The position numbers and the translations under genes are program-made. Below the pieces are notes generated by a model that was not told the origin of the DNA, did no database searches, and worked only from the letters and a program-made list of their open reading frames with translations. From an uncultured delta proteobacterium (GTDB lineage: Bacteria > Desulfobacterota > Desulfuromonadia > Geobacterales > DSM-12255), in assembly GCA_963787125.1 (NCBI GenBank), contig CAWBBV010000016.1, positions 160,001 to 224,000 on the forward strand: DNA of 64,000 bases. The letters run 5' to 3'. Below, one piece after another: positions 46,025-56,753 of the stretch (the first letter of the stretch is position 1; each line of letters opens with the position of its first letter).

Positions 46025-46350
46025 GGCTGAAAGTGAAGTGCCAGCCAGACGGTCTTGACGAGGGTGTCGGTCTGTTCGACCCTGTGGCGGCAGTGTGCCG
46101 GGAGGTGAAGGTAATCACCGGGAATAAGCCGGTGCGGAGCATGTTCCCCTTCGATCAGAAGGGCTGCTGAGCCGGTTAGCAGCAGCACCCACTCATCCTG
46201 TTCCTGATCGTACCACTCACCTTCAGGGGTTGCCTGGCCGGAAGAGATGATCCTCTCCAGCTTCAATCCAGGCTTTTCAAGCAGGGTCTCAAAAATTTCG
46301 TTCGTTGAAACCGGGAGCTCAGAGAGGATATTTTTAAGGTCGGGAGACAT
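46021..46350 (-). CDS. Cupin-domain protein
   Basis: ERIISSGQ, WYDQ..DEWV, HCRHRV. Confidence 0.88.
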   Translation of the reverse strand: MSPDLKNILSELPVSTNEIFETLLEKPGLKLERIISSGQATPEGEWYDQEQDEWVLLLTGSAALLIEGEHAPHRLIPGDYLHLPAHCRHRVEQTDTLVKTVWLALHFQP

Positions 46351-47072
46351 CACAGTTTTTCGATCTGGAGGAAAAAGGGGTTGTCAAACCCACTGGCAGC
46401 GGCAGAGCGGAGGACCGCATCTGCACCGGCTTCGATGCTCTCCAGGAGAGCGCACTCTGTAAAGAGATAAACCAAGAGTGGCATACTGCCGTAAAGTGAA
46501 AAGCCGAACTCTTTTAGCATCTGCAGTGAAGCCTGTGCCTCCAGATTTTGACCGGCATCCCGGGTAGCAGCGAGATAGTGGAGCGGAAAGGCGGTAACCG
46601 TCCGATCAAGACTCTCAATAAAGAGCTGCTTTTCAGCTGCATCCAGACTGCCGAAATCAACTCCGCACCAAAAGCTCTCGCGGGTTGCAAGCAGCGCCCG
46701 GCAGGAAATCGGCCTTGCCGCATAGATCCCGCAACTGCTGCCAACCAGGAAAGGGCAGCCGCCCAGGTCGCGTCGATACAGCCGCAGATACTCTCTAAAC
46801 TCGGAAATGCCGCCGGCCAGCTCTCTGAGCTGCTCAATATATCCGTTTAAAGAGCTTTTCTGTGCCTTGTCAAGCGCCCCGGCAACCAGCAGCGCCTCAG
46901 CTGCAGTACAGTTCACCGCTAAAGTACAGCAGGAACTGCACCCTTTCTCACAAAAAATCTTGCCCCCCTGCTGGCGATAAGCCGCAGTAACCGTGGCACA
47001 GAGCTGCTCCATGAAGCTCTGCTGCCTGGCCGTTTCGCTGAGAATATCCTGCCATCGATCATTCGGCTTCAT
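46350..47072 (-). CDS. YkgJ-family cysteine-cluster protein
   Basis: CEKGCSSCC, CPFL, CGIY..RP.SCR. Confidence 0.85.
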   Translation of the reverse strand: MKPNDRWQDILSETARQQSFMEQLCATVTAAYRQQGGKIFCEKGCSSCCTLAVNCTAAEALLVAGALDKAQKSSLNGYIEQLRELAGGISEFREYLRLYRRDLGGCPFLVGSSCGIYAARPISCRALLATRESFWCGVDFGSLDAAEKQLFIESLDRTVTAFPLHYLAATRDAGQNLEAQASLQMLKEFGFSLYGSMPLLVYLFTECALLESIEAGADAVLRSAAASGFDNPFFLQIEKL

Positions 47073-47085
47073 CACTACTCCAGAT

Positions 47086-48264
47086 TCACAGGAACCAGTT
47101 GAGCGGCGCAATGATCTTCTCCAGCAGCTTTACCGTAAAGCCGCGGCGCTCATGCTCTTCGAGGGAGATTCGCCTTGACAGGGCAAGATCATCGCCAAAC
47201 ATTTCGTCCACCTGCTTGCCGAAATCAGTGCTGGAAACAATTACATTTACTTCAAAATTGCGATGAAAGCTTCTCTGGTCGAGATTAGCCGAACCGATAA
47301 CCGACCAGCGGCCGTCGATCAGCATGACCTTGCCATGAAGGATAGTCCCTTCCCGTTCAAAGATCTCGATCCCTCCCTTGATGAGAGTTGAGTATGAACT
47401 GCGATTGACCAGCCTGACCAGCGGGATATCGCTTTGTGCCGGAAGAATCAGCTCTACCTTGACCCCCCGCCTTACCGCCCGCAGCATGGCTCTGATAAAG
47501 CGCGGGCCGGGGACAAAATAGGGTGTTTCAATCCTGATGCTCTCTGTCGCGCCGCCGATCGCCATCCGGAAAGCTGCCCTTATTCTGGAGCGGTTATGGT
47601 GCGGACCGCCACTGACAATGGCGACGTCATCCGCGCCGGAAGCGTTATTAAAGCCTATATCGTAGCTGCAGACAGGGATGAAGGCCGCTTCTGAATGCCA
47701 GTTTTCGCAGAACAGCCGCGAGAGCTCCTGCACTGCGTTACCCTCAATTCTGACTCCCAAATCGCGCCAATAAAGAGCTTTACTCCCACCGGCATACTCA
47801 TCGCCGATATTGAGCCCCCCGGCAAAAGCGACCCGACTGTCGATAACAGCAATCTTGCGATGGTCCCTTTTATCGAACCAGGAAATACCGTTGCGAAACG
47901 GCGGTGGATTAAAGGGAGCGCAATGGATGCCGCTATTTTCCAGTGAGCGGAAATATGTGGCAGGAGTATCAAAGCAGCCGATGTAGTCATACAGCAGACA
48001 GACTTCTACCCCGCGCCCGGCAGCTTTTTCGAGAAGTTCGGCAAGATGCTTGCCGGTTCTGTCCGCTCTGACAATGTAGAATTCAAGATAAATCGAGTGT
48101 TCTGCCTGCTGGATAGCGGCGAAAAATTCCCCAAAAAAATCACCGCCGGTTTTAAGAAGCGCAATTGAGTTTCCGTGGGAAAAATTCGCTGCAGTGCTGC
48201 GCCGGAATTGGTTGAAAAACCTTGCCGACTCCGGACGTTTCGATTTTCTCAGTAAAATGCTCAT
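47086..48264 (-). CDS. Cardiolipin synthase (ClsB-like)
   Basis: Two HKD motifs (HRKIAVID, HGKVMLID). Confidence 0.9.
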   Translation of the reverse strand: MSILLRKSKRPESARFFNQFRRSTAANFSHGNSIALLKTGGDFFGEFFAAIQQAEHSIYLEFYIVRADRTGKHLAELLEKAAGRGVEVCLLYDYIGCFDTPATYFRSLENSGIHCAPFNPPPFRNGISWFDKRDHRKIAVIDSRVAFAGGLNIGDEYAGGSKALYWRDLGVRIEGNAVQELSRLFCENWHSEAAFIPVCSYDIGFNNASGADDVAIVSGGPHHNRSRIRAAFRMAIGGATESIRIETPYFVPGPRFIRAMLRAVRRGVKVELILPAQSDIPLVRLVNRSSYSTLIKGGIEIFEREGTILHGKVMLIDGRWSVIGSANLDQRSFHRNFEVNVIVSSTDFGKQVDEMFGDDLALSRRISLEEHERRGFTVKLLEKIIAPLNWFL

Positions 48265-48288
48265 TGCAAGGGCTTCCCGTACTCGGGT

Positions 48289-48519
48289 CTATCTTACCTG
48301 CACGACTTCCGTAACTCCGGGAATCTGCTCTTTCAGCGTCCGCTCAATCCCCATTTTCAGGGTCATGGTGGACATGGGGCAGCTGCCGCAGGCACCGACA
48401 AGCTTCACTTTGACGACGCCATCCGCGGTAACTTCAATCAGTTCAACATCGCCGCCATCAGCCTGCAGTGCCGGACGGACAGTTTCAAGAACTTCTTTCA
48501 CTTTTTCGATCATTTTCAT
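48289..48519 (-). CDS. NifU/Nfu-family Fe-S carrier
   Basis: [17 protein letters not shown]. Confidence 0.92.
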   Translation of the reverse strand: MKMIEKVKEVLETVRPALQADGGDVELIEVTADGVVKVKLVGACGSCPMSTMTLKMGIERTLKEQIPGVTEVVQVR

Positions 48520-49148
48520 TCTCCTTTTTTAAGTAACTCTTCCAATGAGAGCAGCTCTTCAATGGTTGGTGTCAGTAGCACTCTGCTGCCGTGCTCGTCA
48601 GGCAGCCGCAGATCTACATCATATCTATCGCCGATAAACAGGCACTCCACCGGCTCTGCTCCGATGGCGGCGTAAATTTTGGCAAGCGCCAACCGATCCG
48701 GCTTTGCCCGCCAGAAATCCTCTATGGAGAAGATTTCTGCAAACAGCCCGTCGATACCGATAAGCTGCATGATTGCGGCTGTCAGGCGCCGGTTGTTATT
48801 GGTGTAGATGTACAGTTCGTACTTTTTGCGGAGCCGATCCAACATTCCGACAACCCGGTCATCTCTGACAAGATAGTTTTCCGGCCTGATATTTTCGCCA
48901 AGATAGCTGTGGAGTGCCTTGATATCTCCGTGGAGCAGCTCGCAGGCCGCGCTCAGAGTCGCTTCACTGCCGGTTTTAGCGGAGAGTTCCGCCTTGGCGG
49001 CGGCAAGCAGAACCTTTGCCTCTTCGGCAGCGATTCCCAGCTGCAGCGTGAGTCCTTCTGCGGCGCAGTTCTGGATCTCCTCCGCCAGCTCTTTACTGTT
49101 GTAGAGAGTTCCGTCAAGATCGAATATTAGAGAGGTCAGCCGGTTCAT
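48516..49148 (-). CDS. HAD-family hydrolase
   Basis: FDLDGTL, KPD, IGD...D. Confidence 0.9.
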   Translation of the reverse strand: MNRLTSLIFDLDGTLYNSKELAEEIQNCAAEGLTLQLGIAAEEAKVLLAAAKAELSAKTGSEATLSAACELLHGDIKALHSYLGENIRPENYLVRDDRVVGMLDRLRKKYELYIYTNNNRRLTAAIMQLIGIDGLFAEIFSIEDFWRAKPDRLALAKIYAAIGAEPVECLFIGDRYDVDLRLPDEHGSRVLLTPTIEELLSLEELLKKGE

Positions 49149-50305
49149 CAGTAAGCTGCTGCCCAGTTTTTCAGGCAGAGAAGATCAGGCGCAGCAACAT
49201 TCTTACCCTGAACCAATACCTTGAAAGTATCGCCCATACCGCCGTCAGGGAGCATCAGTTTTTTAAGTGCCAGGCGATCCCTGATCCGTTCTGATTCCGG
49301 CAGAGGACGGGCTTCCAGAGCCAGCAGCTCTGTCATCATCCCGGTTGCCAGCAAAAAACGGTACTGTTCGCCGTACCAGATTTTCTCCAGGCCGGCAGCT
49401 TCTCCGGCCATTATCAGGGCGCTGAAATCAACATGGGCGGTAATGTCCTGCAGCCCGACCCGGATGTAAGGGTTTTCTTCCAGCTGGTGCTGATAATAGC
49501 AGAGCACAGTACCGTTCATCCGCATCCGCCCGTACAGCTCTGCCGCCAGATAACCGTAGTCGATGGTAATGACAAAACCCCGCTGCAGCGAAGACGCAAC
49601 CCCGGTCAGCCAACTATCGGCAACAAGACGGATCTCTGCGCGCTGGCCGACGGCCAGGCGAATAGCGGCTTTTTCAACAAAAGTTTCGATTCCGGGGGAT
49701 AAAAATGGAGTAAGTTTTTCACAAAACTGATCAGCTTCCGCTGCAATCAGAACCTCCCGCAGACCTGAAGCCGTCATCTCTACAACATGCACAGGGAGGG
49801 CATCAACAAGCTCATTGGAAAGGATGCAGCCGACAATCCCAAGGCTGCCTGCCGCCAGTTCGTCAGGAGTGCTCCAGGCAAGGCGGTGAGAGTGCGCCGC
49901 CAGCATCTTCGCCTGGGCGTTGGCCAGTGATGGCTCGGCCTCAATAAGTCGGTAGATGAGTGTCTGATACAGTTGCGGCTCCAGCTCCTGCAGCGCATCA
50001 AGAATATCCGCCGCCAGTCGCCCCCCGGCCGCACCCGGCTCAACAATCTGGAAGTTATCCGGAGCGCCGATGGTGCGCCACATCTGGCAGATCTCCCGCG
50101 CTATCAGCCGCCCGAAAACCCGGTGGACGTTGCTGCTGGTGTAGAAATCGCCTTCAGCGCCGACTTTTCTCCCCGCAGAGGTGTAGTAGCCGAGCCCCGG
50201 CTCATACAGGCAGGCGGCCATGAATTCGGCAAAGGTTATGGAGCCCTTGCTCTTTATCCGCTCAAGCAGAATAGTTCGCAGGGCGTTATCGTTAACTGTT
50301 TCCAC
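49148..50305 (-). CDS. MidA/NDUFAF7-family SAM-dependent methyltransferase
   Basis: GYY...GDFYTS, SNELVDALP, IDYG, QDITAHVDF; GTG start after GGAG. Confidence 0.88.
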   Translation of the reverse strand: METVNDNALRTILLERIKSKGSITFAEFMAACLYEPGLGYYTSAGRKVGAEGDFYTSSNVHRVFGRLIAREICQMWRTIGAPDNFQIVEPGAAGGRLAADILDALQELEPQLYQTLIYRLIEAEPSLANAQAKMLAAHSHRLAWSTPDELAAGSLGIVGCILSNELVDALPVHVVEMTASGLREVLIAAEADQFCEKLTPFLSPGIETFVEKAAIRLAVGQRAEIRLVADSWLTGVASSLQRGFVITIDYGYLAAELYGRMRMNGTVLCYYQHQLEENPYIRVGLQDITAHVDFSALIMAGEAAGLEKIWYGEQYRFLLATGMMTELLALEARPLPESERIRDRLALKKLMLPDGGMGDTFKVLVQGKNVAAPDLLCLKNWAAAY

Positions 50306-50349
50306 GGCTATCTCCAGTGGGGATGTTATAAAGTATGGGACCGTTTTTG

Positions 50350-51300
50350 TCAATTTTGGAAGAGTCTGCAAAGCAACCAGGAGAGTACCAGCAACGCCTC
50401 TGCCCCGTACATGAGACGCACCGCCCCCTGCCAGGCGCGGCGGTCAAGGGTTTGGAGCGGATCGCCGATAGTCGGCTTTGCTACCGGCTGGCCGAAGTAG
50501 AAATTCGTGCCGCCGAGCTGCACCCCCAGCGCCCCGGCAGCGGCCGCTTCCGGGATACCGCTGTTGGGGGAGGAATGATTGCGGCCGTCGCGGGTCATGA
50601 TCCGCCAGGCGCCTTTCAGGTTCAGCCCCGCAAAAGGCGCGACCAGCACCATGAGCAGCCCGGTCAGCCTGGCAGGAACCCAGTTGGCAAGATCATCACA
50701 GCGGGCTGAAGCCCGGCCGAAAAGGAGATATTTTTCGTTTTTATAGCCGACCATGGAGTCAAGCGTGTTGACCGCCTTGTATGCCAGGCCGAGGACCGGT
50801 CCGCCCATCAGCAAAAAGAGCAGCGGGGCGGTAACACCGTCTGAACTGTTTTCGGCGACCGTCTCGACGGTGCCGCGCCAGATATCCGGTGCAGTAAGAT
50901 TGTCGGTGTCCCGCCCGACGATGAAGGAGAGCTGTTTCCGCGCTTTCCCCAGATCACCTTCGATCAGCGCCGTCGCTACAAGGCCGGATTCATGGTGGAG
51001 CGAGCGGGCTGCCAGACAGTTCCAGGAAAGGATGGTGGCGACGAGCACTCCGGCAAAAGGATGGATGGCGTACGCCCCCTGCAACAGGAGCGCAGCGACC
51101 GCCGCCGTGATGCCGACAGTCAGCACAAGCAGCAGCAGACCACCTGTCAGCCGGCTATTCACGGCGCTTCGCAGGCGTGGTTCGAGATAGCCGATCAGCC
51201 TGCCGATGTATACCACCGGATGGGGAAACCAGCGCGGGTCGCCCAGGAGCCAGTCAAGGATGACAGCGGCGGGGATTATGAGGGTTAGGTCATGGTACAG
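50350..51300 (-). CDS. cbiB: Adenosylcobinamide-phosphate synthase (probable CTG start)
   Basis: DWLLGDP..FPHPV, IVGRDT, ENSSDG, YKAVNTLDSMVGY, SPNSG. Confidence 0.92.
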   Translation of the reverse strand: MYHDLTLIIPAAVILDWLLGDPRWFPHPVVYIGRLIGYLEPRLRSAVNSRLTGGLLLLVLTVGITAAVAALLLQGAYAIHPFAGVLVATILSWNCLAARSLHHESGLVATALIEGDLGKARKQLSFIVGRDTDNLTAPDIWRGTVETVAENSSDGVTAPLLFLLMGGPVLGLAYKAVNTLDSMVGYKNEKYLLFGRASARCDDLANWVPARLTGLLMVLVAPFAGLNLKGAWRIMTRDGRNHSSPNSGIPEAAAAGALGVQLGGTNFYFGQPVAKPTIGDPLQTLDRRAWQGAVRLMYGAEALLVLSWLLCRLFQN

Positions 51301-51331
51301 GTTAGTTCCTTTGGGTTAGTTGTTGCGTGAT

Positions 51332-51413
51332 TGCAACGTGAAAAGGTACACCGGCTCGGCGGGGTCTCTTTCACGCTGACCGGTGCTGCCGTTGGTTGAA
51401 CTGGTTGTTATGC
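51332..51413 (-). repeat. attC-like hairpin downstream of hsdR
   Basis: GCATAAC-AACCAGTTCAACC...CACCGG...CCGGTG...CGTT on the minus strand. Confidence 0.4.
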
Positions 51414-51423
51414 ATCTTAGATT

Positions 51424-54400
51424 TTAAACTTTACCCCCAACACCTTTAAATTTCTCAACAAAAGCAACAATTTTTTGAAAAACGCTCTGTTTCTTGGTGA
51501 GATACTGAGGGTTAAGCGGGCTCATTTTGGGGAGAATTGAGTTTAACTCCGTACCGTTTTCACTGGCGAATTCTCGTTTTAGTGAAGCGGTTATATACCG
51601 TTTTGCAGCCTCTTCATTCAGGTTTTCATTACTAATCAATTCTACAGCTTCACGCTGTTGTTCCGCTTGGGCAAAGGAGAAGAAGGCATCTATGATGCTG
51701 GCTTTATCCTGGATGGTGTCAAGGTCGGTTTGGTTGATAAAGTCAACCAGCAGACTCTCTTTTGCACGGTTGCCGATGCTGGAGCGGATGATACGGCGCA
51801 CATCCTCAACCAGGGTCGCTTTATCCTTACGCTTTTTATTGTTTTCAAAAATCAGTTCCAGAATGTAATCAAGATTGATTTCCTGAGATTTCAGAAGATC
51901 AACTTCAAAAACAACATCATCCCAATCAATGGTTGAGGTGGCTTTATCGTTACCGGCTTTTTCACGGTGCAGCCAGTCGCGAATATCGTTATAGGTCGAA
52001 CGGTAATCTTGAATAGTGCGCACGGGGAGAACAGGGATTTTCTGCATAGCGGCGACCTGTTCATCGTTCAGATAGTGTTTCGCCTTGAACTCTTCAACGG
52101 CTTTCGAGTCGGCAGGATCTAAGTTCTGCACGGCTTGCAACCCTGCAAATTCATCGTAGTTTTGCAGAATATTTTCAACACGAAGGTATTCACCGAACAA
52201 TTTGGCGAAGTCTTTTTTGTCTTTCTCTTTTTCAATCTCTTCGGGCTTGGGGAACCGCTGTTGCAGCTCTGCCACAATATCCAGATACCCGCGACGGGCT
52301 TCACCAGTGACTACATCGGCAAAACCTTCCATGTACTCTTTATAGCTCTTTTCAAGTACAACATTTTTGGTATTACTGTTGCCAAACAGCGTGATCGCAT
52401 CAATGGTAGCCTGTTCCAAATCACGGAAGGTGATGATATTTCCAAAGGTTTTGGTGGCATCATAAATACGATTGCTGCGGGAATAGGCCTGTATCAAGCC
52501 GTGATAGCGGAGGTTTTTATCAACAAAGATCGTATTCAGCGTGGGAGCGTCAAAGCCGGTTAAGAACATACCGACAACAATAATCAAATCGATTTCCTGT
52601 TTTTTAACCCTGGAAGAGAGGTCGCGGTAATAGTTCTGGAACGCATTGCTTTCGACACTGAAATTAGTCTTGAACATCGCATTGTAGTCGTTGATTGCAG
52701 AACTCAAAAACTCTTTTGCACTGCTCTCCATTGCAGAGGTTTCAAAACTTTCATCAAGAATATCCCCTACTGCATCTTGCTCTTCATTGGCTGCAAAAGA
52801 GAAGATGGTGGCAATTTTAAGCGGTTTGTCACTCTCTTTCTGTAGCTTGTTCAGGGTTTCATAGTACATCTTTGCCGCATCCACACTACTCACGGCAAAC
52901 ATGGCATTAAAGCCTTTGCCAGTGGCCCCAAGCCGGTGTGTTTTCTGCCGGAAGTTATTTAAGAGGTACTGCGAAATTTCCTGAATACGGGCGGGGTGCA
53001 GTAAGGCTTGTCTGTTTTCGGATGCGGTGAGTTTTTTCTCGTCCTGTTCCGATTCAATGGTTTTAAACTGTGGGCGGACATCGTTATAGTCTACTTTGAA
53101 TTTCAACACTTTCTCATCACGGATTGCATCGGTGATGACATAGGAGTGCAGTTCAGTACCAAAAACGGATTGGGTCGTTTCAGCACCCAGGGCATTTTCC
53201 GGGAAAATAGGGGTGCCGGTAAACCCGAACTGACAGAACTTTTTGAATTTCTTTTTGAGATTCTTCTGAGCTTCACCGAACTGAGAGCGGTGCGCTTCAT
53301 CAAAGATAAACACCACCTGCTTTTGGTAGATAGGCAGGTTGTCTTCGCTCTTCATCAGGTTGTTGAGTTTCTGAATGGTTGTGACAATGATTTTGTTATC
53401 ATCGGTTTCGATGTTTCGTTTCAGCCCAGCGGTGCTTTCGGAACCGTTGACGCTATCGGGGGAAAAACGCTGATACTCTTTCATGGTTTGGAAATCGAGA
53501 TCTTTACGGTCAACCACAAAAAAGACTTTATCCACAAAATCGAGTTCTGTTGCCAGTCGTGCCGTTTTGAAGCTGGTAAGGGTTTTCCCCGATCCGGTTG
53601 TATGCCAGATAAATCCGCCGCTATCGGTGGTGCTCCAGTTTTTCGCCAGGTGCGTGCAGTTGATCTTCCATAAAAGTCTTTCGGTGGCGGCAATCTGGTA
53701 GGGACGCATCACGAGAAGGGTGTTGCTGGTATCAAACACGGAATAGCGAAGCATAACATCGAGCAGCGTTTTTTTCTGAAAAAAGGTGGCGGTAAAATCT
53801 TTCAGGTCTTTGATCAGGGTGTTATCTGATTTTGCCCAGTTCATGGTGAAATCGAAACTGTTTTTATCCCGCTTGGTAGTGTTGGCAAAATAACGGCTAT
53901 CAGTGCCGTTTGAGATTATGAAAATTTGCAGATATTTAAACAGAGAATAGTCGGCATTAAAACTCTCTTTGCTGTAGCGGTGCACCTGATTGAAGGCTTC
54001 ACGGATTGCGACGCCCCGTTTCTTCAGCTCAACCTGCACTACTGGCAGGCCATTGGCCAGGATTGTCACATCGTAGCGATTGGCATGAGAACCGGCCTGT
54101 TCTACCTGTGAAATTACCTGCACTTTATTGCGGGTGATATTTTTTTTGTCGAAAAGGTAAATGTTTTGGATATGGCCGTCATCAAAGACAAAATCGTGGA
54201 TATAGTTGTCGTGGATTTTGCGGGTTTTATCGATTATTGAATCGCTCGGCTTATCTAAAAACTCCTCCACAAAGCGGAGCCATTCTCCTTCGGAAAACTG
54301 CACGCTGTTGAGTGTTTGGAGCTGTACACGAACATTTTTCAGCAATGTGTCCGGGGTTTTTACCTCGGGCAGAAACTCGTAGCCCTGATTCTGCAAATCC

Positions 54401-54522
54401 TGAATAAACTCCCGCTCCAGGTCATATTCGCTTTGGTAGGTTTCGGCAACTTTCCATTCCCTAGTGTATTTATCCAGGACGATAAAGTTATTTGATTCGG
54501 CTATGGTGGAGTAATCAATCAT
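51424..54522 (-). CDS. hsdR: Type I restriction subunit R (EcoR124/EcoprrI-like)
   Basis: D...VELK nuclease motif, [24 protein letters not shown]. Confidence 0.95.
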   Translation of the reverse strand: MIDYSTIAESNNFIVLDKYTREWKVAETYQSEYDLEREFIQDLQNQGYEFLPEVKTPDTLLKNVRVQLQTLNSVQFSEGEWLRFVEEFLDKPSDSIIDKTRKIHDNYIHDFVFDDGHIQNIYLFDKKNITRNKVQVISQVEQAGSHANRYDVTILANGLPVVQVELKKRGVAIREAFNQVHRYSKESFNADYSLFKYLQIFIISNGTDSRYFANTTKRDKNSFDFTMNWAKSDNTLIKDLKDFTATFFQKKTLLDVMLRYSVFDTSNTLLVMRPYQIAATERLLWKINCTHLAKNWSTTDSGGFIWHTTGSGKTLTSFKTARLATELDFVDKVFFVVDRKDLDFQTMKEYQRFSPDSVNGSESTAGLKRNIETDDNKIIVTTIQKLNNLMKSEDNLPIYQKQVVFIFDEAHRSQFGEAQKNLKKKFKKFCQFGFTGTPIFPENALGAETTQSVFGTELHSYVITDAIRDEKVLKFKVDYNDVRPQFKTIESEQDEKKLTASENRQALLHPARIQEISQYLLNNFRQKTHRLGATGKGFNAMFAVSSVDAAKMYYETLNKLQKESDKPLKIATIFSFAANEEQDAVGDILDESFETSAMESSAKEFLSSAINDYNAMFKTNFSVESNAFQNYYRDLSSRVKKQEIDLIIVVGMFLTGFDAPTLNTIFVDKNLRYHGLIQAYSRSNRIYDATKTFGNIITFRDLEQATIDAITLFGNSNTKNVVLEKSYKEYMEGFADVVTGEARRGYLDIVAELQQRFPKPEEIEKEKDKKDFAKLFGEYLRVENILQNYDEFAGLQAVQNLDPADSKAVEEFKAKHYLNDEQVAAMQKIPVLPVRTIQDYRSTYNDIRDWLHREKAGNDKATSTIDWDDVVFEVDLLKSQEINLDYILELIFENNKKRKDKATLVEDVRRIIRSSIGNRAKESLLVDFINQTDLDTIQDKASIIDAFFSFAQAEQQREAVELISNENLNEEAAKRYITASLKREFASENGTELNSILPKMSPLNPQYLTKKQSVFQKIVAFVEKFKGVGGKV

Positions 54523-54526
54523 GTCG

Positions 54527-55633
54527 CTATACCTGTTGCCAATAGCCATAGTTATCAATCAGATGATCCAGCAAAAACTTAACCGTTTGTTTTTCTTGTA
54601 CCGTCGGCTCGGCAAAGGCCACATTGGATAAAGTGCTGTGGCTAGTAAATTGAATGATACGGTTCATATAAGCTTGTTTGTCGCCCGGCAAAAGTTCCGA
54701 CCACCTCGGGTACCCCAAAAAGCTGGCGGTTTTTTCATAAAGGTTACGCAAGAGCGTGAAGTGGTATTTTTGTACCTGATTCTCTGCAATCGCCTTCTCA
54801 AGCGTTTGTTTCAAATACAGGTGATAGGAAAAGCTTTTGTTAGAGTCGCCCTTCTTTTCCTCAAGATCGAATGTTCCATGCTGATGCCGTTTAAGAATAT
54901 TACCGGATTTGACACCAAGCTCATTGTAAATCACATTGTAAAATAATGGACTGTGTGTAGATATGATAAATTTAACACTAGAGGTACTTGACCTTATTAA
55001 TTCAGACAATATAACAGCCAACTCAATCAAATGGTTTTCATCTAGTGAACTAACAGGATCATCGATAAAAACATATTCTAAATTATTAAATACATCAGTT
55101 GACCTGTTGGTATCATCAACTATGTTTAATTCCGAAACCATTTGTTCAATTAACGAATAAAACACACTCCAAATAAAGTTGCTTTCTTCGCCTTTTGAGA
55201 TTTTAACATTGGGCTCTTGTTGATCATTTCCTCGCTCGAATGAAAAGCTGACTTTTGAAAAATTTTGGCTAAAGTGCGGTGTTAATTTTTCATTGGTGTA
55301 GCGCTGAAAAGTGGCAGTAATGTTCTGATCCTGGCCTTGTTCTTCAAGCACCCACTTGGTGAAAGAGTTAGGCTGGATTATTAGTTTCGGCTCGGCATCC
55401 TGCTCCAAGTCGTTGTTCCAATAGAACAAATCTTCCGTAAACGCACTGTAATACAGGATTTTCTTTTGTGCCAATATTGATTGCTGTGCTTCAGTCCCAG
55501 TTTTGGGTGCAATCAACTCTTTAAATTCGCGAGATAGACGGGTTTTCCCCATACCATTAAAAGCGTAGATTAGCTGTACCTTTTTATCCGAATCTTTTAG
55601 TTGCTGGGCTATCTGTGTTAGCGTTTTGCTCAT
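54527..55633 (-). CDS. prrC: PrrC-like ABC-ATPase/HEPN anticodon nuclease
   Basis: [40 protein letters not shown]...SH; lies between hsdS and hsdR. Confidence 0.85.
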   Translation of the reverse strand: MSKTLTQIAQQLKDSDKKVQLIYAFNGMGKTRLSREFKELIAPKTGTEAQQSILAQKKILYYSAFTEDLFYWNNDLEQDAEPKLIIQPNSFTKWVLEEQGQDQNITATFQRYTNEKLTPHFSQNFSKVSFSFERGNDQQEPNVKISKGEESNFIWSVFYSLIEQMVSELNIVDDTNRSTDVFNNLEYVFIDDPVSSLDENHLIELAVILSELIRSSTSSVKFIISTHSPLFYNVIYNELGVKSGNILKRHQHGTFDLEEKKGDSNKSFSYHLYLKQTLEKAIAENQVQKYHFTLLRNLYEKTASFLGYPRWSELLPGDKQAYMNRIIQFTSHSTLSNVAFAEPTVQEKQTVKFLLDHLIDNYGYWQQV

Positions 55634-55634
55634 G

Positions 55635-56753
55635 TTATGCCGCTACCTCCTCAGGTTTGGGAAATTTCAACAACAAATCTCGGTAATACTCATACTGCTT
55701 TTGTCGCAACTCGATTTCACGAGGCAAGCCTTCGCTGATAGAGTTGGTTATGGCATCGAACTTGTCCAAGATAGCGACGATGCGTTCTTGTTCAGCTGGG
55801 GAAGGAATGGGCACTGGAAATCCGACCAAATCCTTTTTATTCAGTGCTGGAACTCCTGCCATATTTGCAAGCCCTACTATGTCCTTCATGCTATTGGCCA
55901 TGACATAATATAAAAAGCGAGTTTTGATTATTTTACTCGTACTACGAATTCTGTAGCAGAGCGGACCGCACCAAAAACGAGTGGTCTGATAACCCACATA
56001 TCCGATACCGCCCTGTCCACGCGAAGGCGTTGTAATTGTGTCTGCCTCCGTATTGTAGGCAGGAACATAACCTGACGGTGTTGTTCCTGCATTAACAAAG
56101 GCATATTCGCCTATCTCATTACCTGCTGGCGCTTGCCCTACGCTAATACTGCATAGCTCTCCCAACGTCTTCCACTCCGCATCCCCTTCTTCAAAACTCA
56201 ACAACTGGTCGCGATAGTAGTTGTATTGCTTTTTGCGAGCTGTAAGCTCGGCTGTAAGCTCGGCTGTAAGCTCGGTGAAGGTGTCCAGAATGCGGACGAT
56301 TTCGGCTTGGATTTCGAGGGATTTTTTCGGATTGTCTGGGCATGGGATGGGGATTAATGTCTCTTTCGCAGTAGACCAATGCCTTTTATAGCTTAATTCT
56401 TTTTTGTAAAAGCTTTGAAAAGCATAATAGATATACTTTGCATTGTTAGAAATTGAGCTAAGTATTTTTAAACCATCAGCACCTTGAATGAAGGCAAAAT
56501 CCACATACTTAATATGCTCAGAATGGTCGCCAAAAATTACATATTTACCAGTTTTGATGGGAGTTATATTTTCATCCGTGTAACCAGCAATGAATTCTAT
56601 GCCTTGATCAACAATTGGAAACTTTCCAGTTTCACGATAGGCCTCACTTTTAAGCTTTGAAGGTGCCGTTACAGTTTTAATTACTGCCTCCAGCGCTTTC
56701 CACTCCACCTCAACGCCATCAAGCAGCTTTTCCATAAAATTTATATCGCTCAT
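55635..56753 (-). CDS. hsdS: Type IC specificity subunit
   Basis: Two TRDs, IPIP...Q.EIV.ILD, TAEL repeats, RQKQYEYYRD.LL. Confidence 0.95.
   Translation of the reverse strand: MSDINFMEKLLDGVEVEWKALEAVIKTVTAPSKLKSEAYRETGKFPIVDQGIEFIAGYTDENITPIKTGKYVIFGDHSEHIKYVDFAFIQGADGLKILSSISNNAKYIYYAFQSFYKKELSYKRHWSTAKETLIPIPCPDNPKKSLEIQAEIVRILDTFTELTAELTAELTARKKQYNYYRDQLLSFEEGDAEWKTLGELCSISVGQAPAGNEIGEYAFVNAGTTPSGYVPAYNTEADTITTPSRGQGGIGYVGYQTTRFWCGPLCYRIRSTSKIIKTRFLYYVMANSMKDIVGLANMAGVPALNKKDLVGFPVPIPSPAEQERIVAILDKFDAITNSISEGLPREIELRQKQYEYYRDLLLKFPKPEEVAA
56239..56274. repeat. 12-bp tandem repeat x3 in hsdS
   Basis: GCTGTAAGCTCG three times, encoding ELTAELTAELTA. Confidence 0.95.

Noticed and set aside
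47086..48264. PLD nuclease defence effector
   Set aside because: Two HKD motifs and housekeeping context indicate cardiolipin synthase
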